NCBI RefSeq assembly: GCF_000181795.1
Contig: NW_003526941.1
Span: 10,395,549-10,415,548 of the forward strand
Source: Trichinella spiralis
Taxonomy: Eukaryota
Length of the DNA: 20,000 nt
Direction: 5' to 3'
This document shows, one piece after another, positions 10,454-20,000 of this stretch. The translations under genes and the position numbers were made by a program. Numbering within the stretch: the stretch's first letter is position 1; the number at the start of each line of letters is the position of its first letter. The notes beneath the pieces were generated by a model. It searched no databases, was not told the DNA's origin, and saw only the letters and a program-made list of their open reading frames with translations.

Positions 10454-10693
10454 AACTGCGCTGGCCGTAGAAAAGGGGGTTTAAATCCACTGTCGAAGGT
10501 CAACGCTGATTGGTCAAAAAACAGCCTATTATGTAGCAACTTCCCACGGTGCGCATTCGGCGCACCTGGCGTGCGTGTGCTATTTCGAATCTGGAGGACA
10601 AGGCAGTGTGGCTTCGTGCGCTTGCGGGCCGGCCCGGAGCATCCAATTTAGGACAGCTGTTAACTTTCGGTATGGGAAACGTTGTCGTGGGAA
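10454..10693 (-). promoter_or_regulatory. Proximal promoter of the HLH gene with three CSL sites and E-boxes
   Basis: Minus strand: Inr-like GCAGTT (10459-10454), TATA-like ATTTAAA (10486-10480) about 29 nt upstream of it, CCAAT (10513-10509). CSL sites at 10541-10548 (TTCCCACG), 10671-10678 (TATGGGAA) and 10686-10693 (CGTGGGAA). E-boxes CACCTG 10563 and ACAGCTG 10653. Confidence 0.7.
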
Positions 10694-11278
10694 TCTGTCG
10701 TTGTTGACCATTTATCCGATTATTTTCACTTTACCGACCGATCATCATCATCAACCATCACACTACATCACATCACATCACATCACATGATCAATTGAAA
10801 TTATTCAACAAATTATTAAAAATAAACACAATCACGCAATCAATTTGATAAAATATTATCATCTGTAAATAAATAAATAAATAAGTGGGCAGATAGTTGG
10901 ATTAATTAATTAATATTCACATTGCAAATATTGCAACGTAGATAGTGTTAACGATTGTAAAATTTAAATATATTGATTTGTTTTCTTTTTTGTTTTTTTT
11001 GTATTTTTTTCGAAATGAATTTTTTTGGTAATTGTTGGCGGTAAATCAAATCAAATCAAAAAGCGTTCAACTTGTCTACTGAAACATACATGTACATGAT
11101 GATCAGCTTGTACAATTAGCCAACGGATAATCATATAGTAATAATGGCAATTGTATGAAGTAACATCTTTGGTGACAGTTGTCCATTGTCGTGATACTTT
11201 GCATATTCGATGACCAGCTTGTGTTGATTGCATGCATGCAGAACGCTTGTCAACGACGGGCGACAGCGTTGGCGTCCA

Positions 11279-11447
11279 TTCTCACGGTCAAGTAAGCGAG
11301 TTCAAAGCGGCGGCCGCTTTTTTGCAAAAAGCTAAAATCAATGCTAAGGACACGCGCTTATCCCACCTGCGTCGACGACGGTATTGTGCAAGCGGCGGCG
11401 TCCAAGCCACTCCTGACCTGATTGTGTTAGCGTCGTCTGGCACATGT
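11279..11447. promoter_or_regulatory. Candidate upstream enhancer (CSL, proneural-type E-box, HES-type sites)
   Basis: TTCTCACG 11279-11286, CACGCG 11351, CACCTGC 11364, TGGCACATGT 11438, in a GC-richer island about 0.8-1 kb upstream of the HLH start. Confidence 0.45.
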
Positions 11448-12617
11448 TGTTCTGTTGATCATCAATGTATGAATCAAATTATCCAAGATTAAAACTTTTA
11501 ACTTCAAAAGGTGCCGACCGACCGACCGCCTGACCAGTCGCCGGCTTTTTATCCATTCAATTCATTCTAATTGTTCTTCTCATTTTTTCCTCCCCCCCCC
11601 ACGCTTTGCCTATTCTTAGCTTTGTATTGTTCATTCTGTACTGTTGTTCATCATCTCCACACGCATGCTAATTTTAGACGCTGAAAACAAATCTGCTTTT
11701 CTATTCTATTTCTATTCTATTTTTGTTTCTTAAATCGAATTTACAGATATATTAATTGAAAAAGAAAACTGATTAATTAATAAAGTAAAGTTGATTTCAA
11801 TGAATATTTTAATAATTTTGATAATTTTTTCGATTTTTTGAATTTTTTTCCATCTGCATTTGTGAAAAGAATTGATTGGTTATTTTTTGTTTTCTATTTT
11901 GTATAGAAGAAAGAGAGGATAAATTTCAAAATTTCATTTTTTTCATCGATAAAAAGAAACAAAAATGCAATATGATTATTGTTGTTTTTTTTGGGGGGGG
12001 GGAAGTCTCTTTCCATCTGCATCTGTCGTATTCATCATTTTCAAGAGTTTGCTGTTTTTTTCTTTTTCAAAATTATTCATGCAAATCTGATGGAAAAGAA
12101 AAATTGTGTCGACAGGTGAGATTCAGCTGCTCGGTTGTTGTTGTTGTTTATCTCGTTGAAATCAAAGCATGCTTTTCACAATGTGCGCATACATGTAATA
12201 CAATTCAAGTTTCAAGTATGCTTTTTTTTTCACTGAAATGAATAATAGTCGACGGGGCTGACTATCAGTTGTTGTGTCAGAGTATTGCTTGTCTTTTTTT
12301 TGCATTCGTTTAAATTGTGCTGATTCAATGTTCAAGAGAAAAGCGATTAAATAATTTGAAATTACATTTGGCATTTAAATTTTGGAAAAAGAAATAAACA
12401 TTCGATAAATTCTACATATGTAGGTGATGTCGAGGATGATAGTGAAAGGGTGATTTTTCTCGAAGGGAACATTTTGCCGGTTGCATTCTAATTGCACAGG
12501 TTAGAAGATAATGTTAAGGCGATAATTAGCTTCAGGCAATTGATGGATTAGTCGATGATAGAGGTGACTGGTGATGGTGACGCATCGCGATACCTGTATA
12601 GCAGAGGTTTGATTGTA

Positions 12618-12797
12618 TTCTCACGCCGCTTGACAGCACGACAACGCCATAAATCGACATCTGCTCCCATCTACTGGACATTAGTATTGCATTGCATGGT
12701 CAACGCCCATCCAACCGGTCGCACCCTGTAAAGCGGTGACAGCTGTCTGCGGACGTCCGTTTCCGTTGCAGCTGTCCGTCCTGCTCAGTGGGTCGAC
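12618..12797. promoter_or_regulatory. Candidate distal enhancer (CSL plus paired CAGCTG E-boxes)
   Basis: TTCTCACG 12618-12625, GACAGCTGTC at 12738, GCAGCTGTC at 12768. Confidence 0.4.
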
Positions 12798-13570
12798 CGT
12801 TGCATTTTATATCTCGTATCAAGCTTTACTTTCTTTCTATTCATTTTGTTTCATTTTAACATCAAGCTTTATTTAATGCGTATAAGTAATTTTTTCTTCC
12901 AGAGAATAACTAGAATCAATTTCAACCAACAAATTATCTTATTATTATTAATATTATTCTAGTAGTAGTAGTGTTGTTTGCACTTATTTTTCATAAATAT
13001 ATATATGAAGTAATTTTTCAAATTTTGAAAAAAACAATGGAATGAATGAAACTGTAATTTGTATTTCAAAGCGAAGTATTCCACTTTGCGACAAAGTCTA
13101 TATAGTCTACTACTTGAGTAAAAAGCAAAATCAGTTTGAAGTGCGTTTGTCAGTTTTGTCATGACGAGAGTAAATCTCCATATTTCATATTTGTATTTAT
13201 TGTCAAATCATTTTCAAATCTGTTGAACAACGCGTTCAATGGGCGCAGATTGACAGATCAAATTAAAATTCTGACTGACTCACTTCCTTACTTATTCTGT
13301 GACACACGGCCATCATTTGCTCGCTTATTATTATTACCTGACTTACCTGTGCAATTCTTGCTTGAGGCTATTTTCAGATATCTGATTCGAACTGCCAAAT
13401 TTGATCTGGACATGACAAATTGGGAAAATATTTTCAACCAAAATTTTAATCCGCTGCTGAATATTTCTTTTTCACAATTATTTTTCGTAATCTCTACTTG
13501 TTGTGAAAGGCGTAAAAAATGACTAAGTAACAACAACAACAACATTTTGAAGTTATTTTATTATTTCACA

Positions 13571-13593
13571 ATTAATTAATTAATTAATTAATT
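13571..13593. repeat. (ATTA)n palindromic tetranucleotide repeat
   Basis: attaattaattaattaattaatt read directly. Confidence 0.85.
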
Positions 13594-14414
13594 CACTTTA
13601 ACCAGTTATGGTGCTTATCAAATTCCATGTCCACTGTGTTGGTAATATAAATTTTAAAAATGTGTATTTTCCCCCTCATCAAATCACATCATAATTTGAC
13701 CATGAACAACAGTTAGTTGTTTTCAGTCAACTCGTGACGGTACTTCAAAGCTGGCTCTTCAAAAGAGTATGCTCTATCAAATTGTAAAAGAGATTGACTG
13801 TCAGAAGAGAAAAATGCCCATGAATAATTTAAATTCGAGGTCGTCCATTTTCTACTACAATCGACAGCCAAGCATTGCGCGTTGACCTTTTCGTTCTAGC
13901 TTTATACTCTGTTATTATTGCTTCACTTTGTTCAGGAGGATGTACGCTTTGTCAAGGTTGAATCATCGTTAATCTTTGATGGTGGTGGGATTTTTTTTTG
14001 AAAATTGTTTTCTGAATTGTTGTAAAAACAAATCAAACTGTCAATTGTTGTTGTGAAAGCAGTTTTTATGCTTCCTCTTTTATTCTGTGTATGTGCATGC
14101 ATGTGTGGTTGTTGTTGAATTTTTGGACAGCGATTCGATTGCAGCATTATGTAAAAATAAAAAATCCAATACTTCAAGTTGGAGCGAATTAAATAAATTT
14201 TTACTGACAAATAGATCATCGTGGTGGTGACGACTGGAGTGGTGTAGAGTTGAGTGGGGTTTTTTTTGTGCTTTTCGCTTGTTGCGAAAAGCACTTGAAC
14301 GCGAATAAGCTTGAACGACCTTCGCTTGGGAATTGACCACTTCGATAGTGTAAACAAAGGTGACCGTTGGTCTGGCGACCCGGCCGGAAAGTCTGCCAAG
14401 CCTAGTTTGCGTTG

Positions 14415-14434
14415 AGCTAGCTAGCTAGCTAGCT
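14415..14434. repeat. (AGCT)5 palindromic tetranucleotide repeat
   Basis: agctagctagctagctagct read directly. Confidence 0.9.
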
Positions 14435-15299
14435 TAAAGATTTATGTTTGCTTTGAGGGCAGTCGTCGACGAAGAATGCACTTTTGAGCCGGATGTTCGA
14501 CGATTCTATTCAATGTTTATTATTCTCATCTCTCATCATGAGCGTAACGAAACGTCCGTCCATTTGTAACTATAGGTGGCCATCTACGTAGGTGGTGATG
14601 GTGGTGCACAACATTCTCAAAGAAATGGACAATTGACCGAAATGACTAGGATGAATAGCAAAGTACAGGAAATTGCCCACAAACGAGCACTTCTATTCAA
14701 CAAAATGGACGAGGGTCATTGTAAATAGTGTAAATGGCCAAAACAAAAAGTGTCGTTACTTTGTGTATGAAAACGTTCGTCCTTGTAGCTTCAATAAAAT
14801 AAAAGTTACGGTTGTTTAACTCAATCAGCCCGGGTGGTATGCCGCCTGTCGACTGCTAGTTTACAAATTATGAAGCAGAAAGCGGAAAACTGGGGGCTTG
14901 GCTGTTTTTTTTTCTGTTTTTTTTCTTTTGAAACTCCAAACTAATTACAATCTGCATCGGTACAGTTGTATGTTGTTTCTGATTTCGATGCTATTTCCAA
15001 ACGGCTATTATTATCCGAATCGAATAGAAAAAGAAACTACGGATCAAAATTGGATTGATCTTTTGAACAGCATCAGATTTTTCTGATCATACAGCTAGCA
15101 GCTATCATACAGACGCTTTTAGGCTTAAAAGGAAACTGTCCGAGCTGTGATAAAACAAGCTTGCTCAGCCAATGCGGTCAGACAGGTGGTCAGCTTGCCG
15201 GTAAGGTCGCTTGAACGCCGCGTTAGCGTGCACACTGGTGCTGGACTAGCGTCGTTCCCGGCGGGTCGGCGTCTGTGATCTTGCCGACCCATTGCCGCA

Positions 15300-15475
15300 T
15301 GGTCAAAGGTGATGACCATGATCAAAGTTGTAAACCCGTCAGCGTTTGATAAGCCGCTTAAGCTGACTTGACTGTATGACTGTAGAGCCGCTTATGGGAA
15401 CAGAGGAACGCCGACTTCAAAACGGCGCCGGCTCCCAGCGGACTCACACTGATGACGTTGACTTGTGACGTGGCC
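15300..15475. promoter_or_regulatory. Candidate regulatory island (CSL, CRE-like, DR1-like)
   Basis: TGGTCAaAGGTGA near 15300, TATGGGAA 15393-15400, TGACGT 15453, TGACGTGG 15466. Confidence 0.3.
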
Positions 15476-18400
15476 TTGGCCAAAGCCTACCTTTGCATAC
15501 CAGCCGTGATCCGAAAAAAGATATGATTGCTGAATTTTGCCTATTTTCATTATTTTTATGTCAAAAAATGGCTCGTCATTTTTTGCAACTTGTTTTTTTT
15601 CTCTTCACTGATGATCTTTGGATTTTCCAACCAAAATTTCAATTGATCCAATATCGATTGTACACCACCAAACTAATTAATTTGTTGTACAAAAGTGGAA
15701 ATTCGTTGCATATGTATGTTTTGGAGAATAATAGTAACGGGAAAATATCAAATTTGACAAACACTGCTAAATGCAAACAAATGAATATGCTAATCGAATT
15801 AATTTTTCATTCTGTATTTGCTTTTCTGTTCCAACTGTTGTCTGATACAGGAATAGCACTGGAAAAGCTTTCATTATTTCACGGACACACTGTGTAGAAG
15901 AACATTGTTAAATTTTTTTCTTCTCTACATTGTGTCGATTATTCAACTCACCTAATTTGAGTAATCAAAAATCTACCGTATTTAAGAATAAAAAAGATAT
16001 GATAAATTCATTTTTTTATGAGCAGTAAATTTTTCAAATAAATTATCGGTTATTTGATTAAATAAATAACTAACTAAATAAATAAATATAAATTTTTATT
16101 GCATTTCAAATTTGTTTTTGGAAAAATTTTATTTGACAAAGTCATTTTCATATTTTTCTTTCAGAAAATGAAAACTAGGAAAAACAGTTAGCAGAAACGC
16201 ATGAAATGTAACTTCGCAAATTAATGATTGATTTGCACTTAAGTAGAATTTATCATAAAATGAAAATGAAGCTCGAGTTGTTGCATCATTAGTGGAGAGG
16301 GAGTATTGGGCAGGGCAGTATTGCAATTTGGCCTGATTGAGTGAGCATCGAAGGGGAAACTTTATGCTAATGTAATTAATTTGTAAGTTTACACAAACCA
16401 GTGAAATTCCACTATCAACTAGCAATACTAACATTGTTTGTGCACGTTGTTATAATAATTGCAATTTCTTTTCATTTATTTCTTTATCCGTTGCATTTCA
16501 TACTGGCGTTGCAGTCAAGCTTGTCTAGTATAATACCATTGTTTGCTGATTGGAAAACTTCATATTTTATATTAATATATTAAAAAAAAACTTTTTTCAG
16601 AATGCATTTTATTTAGCATTGTTGTATTTCAATTGCAGGAAAATGTAATAATAATCAGTGTGCAATTTGACGACACTTAATTCGCAGTGATTTTACTGTG
16701 AAAACAAACTTGAAAACGTGTTCTTCGTCATGATATTGTCACATTTATTATAGATGCAATTTATAAAAAGAAAAACTGTCACTACACCAAATGCAAGATC
16801 TGTTTCAAATCTATTCAGAATGAGCATATATTTGTGGCAACTGTGGAGCTGTTGTTGTGTTGTCAAAAGTCGTGTTGACAAGCTTATTATGCAATTTATT
16901 GTGAATTGGTCATCAATCATATAGATATTGTAAGAAGTGCAGTTCATTTTTATTCATTGTGCTATCTATGTGTTAATTGAATTTTAGAATACAAAATATA
17001 CAAGTTTAAGCATTCATTTCAAAAGGAAGCATTATTGTTGGAGTTGAATGAAAAAGGTATGACAATGAAAGCTTGCATGCATTTGGAAATTCAAATTTGA
17101 CTTGACTAGCAGACACATGCAAGAGTATATCAAAGAAATGAACACTTGTTAATAATAATTATAATAATAATGATAAATAGGGAGGAATTTTTTATTTTGA
17201 GAAAATATTTTATAAATATTTACATTGAATGAGATGAACAAGTTATTTGAATTTCAGTAGTGGCCATTGCCTATGCTTAACAGTTTTTCTGTCGAACACA
17301 GGAAGATTTCTGATTTATTTCTGATTTATACAGATGACTAAACCAGAGTTTGATTCAAAAATGTAAGCTACTATTGTGCACTAGAATGAAGAAACTGTAT
17401 GAAGAATTTTTATCTATAGTATTTTAATTAGTTTCATTTAATTCTGTCGAAATTTGTTTCATCAAATTGCATAATTTCAAGACACGCTAAAGGAAAGCAC
17501 CATTGCAATTGAATGTATCCAAAAAAGTAAATCAATGAATACATTCCGTATCATTCAACTTTAGCATATTTGGAACAAGAAATGTTACAACTGACGGATG
17601 ATGGTGATGAAGTTTTCAAATCCGACTAAATTTAGCAATTATTCTAATTCTCAATGCAGAGCAACGACTGTATATATATAGTGTAAGTGAATAATAATCC
17701 ACTTTGATATTGACAATTCTTTACAGTTAGTTGCCTTGATAGTAAAGGATTGTTACCGCACTGTAGCAAATTATAGTTATATTGAAATTAAAGAAATGCA
17801 AAATTACATCACAAATATAATAAACATTATTTTCAAGGCAAGGCAATTTGATTAAAAAATTTGCATGCTAACGAGCGACGCCTGATAGTTATGATACATA
17901 TTTGATCAGATTTGAAACTAAATTTATAACTTCATTTGATTTGCTTTATTTGGCCTATTCAATAGTATCTGCATGTGAAGAGCAATAGAATCATAAATAT
18001 TGTGAACTTGTATCTCATATATTGCTGTTAACGTAATTTCAAATCAACGGACGCGAAGGTCAGGTTTGCTGAATGCAATTCTAAGTAAGCGTTGTACTTG
18101 TTAACCAGAATTTGCATGCAAATTTTCACGCGTAGTCTTGCCGGTTTTTTGTTTTGCAGCTTTAACTTGTGAATCTTCTTGTGAGGTTGAATTCAAATAT
18201 TTATAGGTGAGGGATTTTTAGCAACATTAGAATGGAAGACGTTTTGAAAGGGCGTCTGACAAGCGTCATCAGTTTTATTCAAAATGGCAAATCACGTTAT
18301 GCAACTCTTCAAAATAGTTTTTCCAAATGATGAAAATGTAATTATTTTTGTAAGTTAGATTTTTTAATTGAATGACATCATAATATATCTCAAAATGGAT

Positions 18401-18599
18401 ATTAAATTTATAATAGTTTGACATAACTACATTATGCTTTACGCAGAAGACATATTTTGTGTTGAATTTCATGCTTTCGTTTAGCAGCAGTGTATTAAGG
18501 TATTAAAATTATTAAAAGGCAAATAAATATATTATAAACGAATTATTGCTGGAAATAAAATATCGGAATATAAGCACTTTCATGAAATTGTCAGTAGAG

Positions 18600-19290
18600 A
18601 CGGCACGATGCTCATTCCACTGCAGGTTGAAGTTGTAATTCATTTACACTGGCAATGAGTATGAAGCCAAGAGGTAGAAATTTTAATAATTCCCTCTGTA
18701 TTTTGTCCATGCATTTACAACCCAATTCACCAACATCACTTTTATGACGAATTCACTAGGAAGAATTGTGCCGTCAGGTTTCACCATGTTTTATAAATTT
18801 AATTGAGTCAAATGAATTCTACCAAAATGATCCTTCTTCGATATCTGAATTTTCAGTTGCAACAACTTTTGCTATTTTTGAAAAATTGATGATGTTCTTT
18901 CAAACGGTTGCAGAATATTTTTCATTGGAATCAGTAAATGAATGTGCATTAGTGCACGATGTAAAGTGTAAAGGGGCAAAACCCATAAATTTTTAATAAT
19001 TTGCTTCTGTATTTTGTCCATGCATATAAGATAACAATGTTGCCAGTTCCACACTGACTAAAGTGGCAACCGTGATGCACAATTTTTAGTACTTCAACCC
19101 AGCATGTACATTATATTAAATTATCAATTCATTATGCTTGTGTTTTAAGTAAATGTTATGTTTTGCCATTCTTCTGTTATAGGCATTCATTTTTCTTCTT
19201 TTCAAAGTGGTTGATCAAAGTCTGATTGAAATGTTCACTAAACAATCAGTTCCTTTAAATTAATGAATGAATTTTGCTGAATATTGCGAC
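18600..19290 (-). mobile_element. Possible heavily decayed hAT-superfamily (ZMYM1/THAP12-like) transposase remnant with internal duplication
   Basis: Frameshifted minus-strand fragments in hAT order: NLKELIV, LINHFEKKK..NAY, MHGQ, KHGET*R, then a second MHGQ..LHTHC..LQL. Motif resemblance judged by eye; no TIRs or TSD found. Confidence 0.35.
18695..19025 (+). repeat. Direct repeat: identical 20-mer TCTGTATTTTGTCCATGCAT at 18695-18714 and 19006-19025
   Basis: Read directly; both copies are preceded by ttttaataatt. Confidence 0.85.
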
Positions 19291-20000
19291 ATATTATTAT
19301 CGTGCCAGTGCAGCCCCATTTACGTAAGACACTATTTTATACTTCTTTAATTTACGCCATAATATTATTTGTGATAGATAGTGACTTTGATTATTATAAT
19401 CTTTGGTGTTGATTCATTTGATTGTTATACGTTTTCAAGGCATACATGCATTTCTAGGTCAGCAGAATAACTTTATGCTAATGTGATGGTAAACACTGCC
19501 GTTGGCATTCTGCTACGTGCACTTTGTGCTATTCAAATGCGGTAGCAGTGTTCCTTATATAAATTTCTGTTTATTGAGAGAACTGCATTATAGTATTAAT
19601 GTTCGCTACTGAAGGGCGGTCTATTTACTTACTGCATTGCGTTATTTGGCCATTTCGATGCTTCACTGCAACAATTACGTTGTGATTGTTAGACTAAAAA
19701 TATGAAGAAATCACGAATATCAGTTACAAAATGTATGCATCTACGTTTGCTTTATCCCTTCGACATTACATTCGACGTTATCTCTGACAGGTCTGCTGAC
19801 AGGTATGAATTTTCATATATTTGCTATTTTTCATACAATGTTTTCTTTCTTTCTCTTGGCACACTGCACTAAACATGCGCGCTTTTTAAGCTTTTCGTAG
19901 TTGTTTGATTTTAGTCTTTTTGAATGGAAACTAGCGCGTTGTTTTTTCAGTAATGATGTTGTCAAATAATTATTCGAAGACTTTTTTTACGGCCAAGCCA

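Noticed and set aside
9991..10539. 182-aa unspliced ORF as the true protein
   Set aside because: It starts at TTG upstream of the inferred transcription start, and its poly-Ile tail is an intronic ATC microsatellite. The spliced model fits better.
10601..10611. AGGCAGTGTGG, matching the miR-34 5' end
   Set aside because: The sequence diverges after 11 nt, has no star arm and lies in the promoter.
12733..12779. Hairpin as pre-miRNA
   Set aside because: Too short, and the pairing follows from two palindromic CAGCTG E-boxes.
12555..12871. 58-aa ORF followed by two ATCAAGCTTTA (Brd-box-like) copies, as a Bearded-family gene
   Set aside because: The ORF has no NxxN, G or D motif and no core promoter was seen.
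15087..15098. TCATACAGCTAG, complementary to the 3' half of miR-9
   Set aside because: Only 12 nt match, the seed half is absent and there is no precursor hairpin.
1..20000. CRISPR arrays, tRNA/rRNA genes, operon-like prokaryotic systems, canonical Su(H) paired sites
   Set aside because: No repeat-spacer periodicity, cloverleaf, rRNA motif or dense ORF packing was seen, and no inverted CSL pair had a 15-17 nt spacer.

Overview
AT-rich, microsatellite-rich, intron-containing eukaryotic DNA. The composition and GTAAGT/(T)nCAG splice signals suggest an invertebrate, plausibly a clade I nematode such as Trichinella (inference only). The window is very gene-poor. The one well-supported gene is a two-exon, minus-strand gene (10329-10038, 9920-9760; 150 aa) encoding an atypical helix-loop-helix protein that lacks the E-box-contacting Glu/Arg (ID/Emc-like behaviour predicted). 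It has a readable core promoter with three CSL (Su(H)/LAG-1) sites and E-boxes, and a 3' UTR with a Brd box and a polyA signal. Around it lie several GC-richer non-coding islands with more CSL sites, E-boxes and a K50-homeodomain site cluster, so the window reads as a Notch-responsive regulatory landscape. Also present: a probable exon at the left edge with a WRPY motif in one frame, an orphan TATA promoter near 6430, a structure-rich island at 9.0-9.36 kb, and a probable decayed hAT transposase remnant near 18.6-19.3 kb. Most ORFs in the supplied track look spurious.
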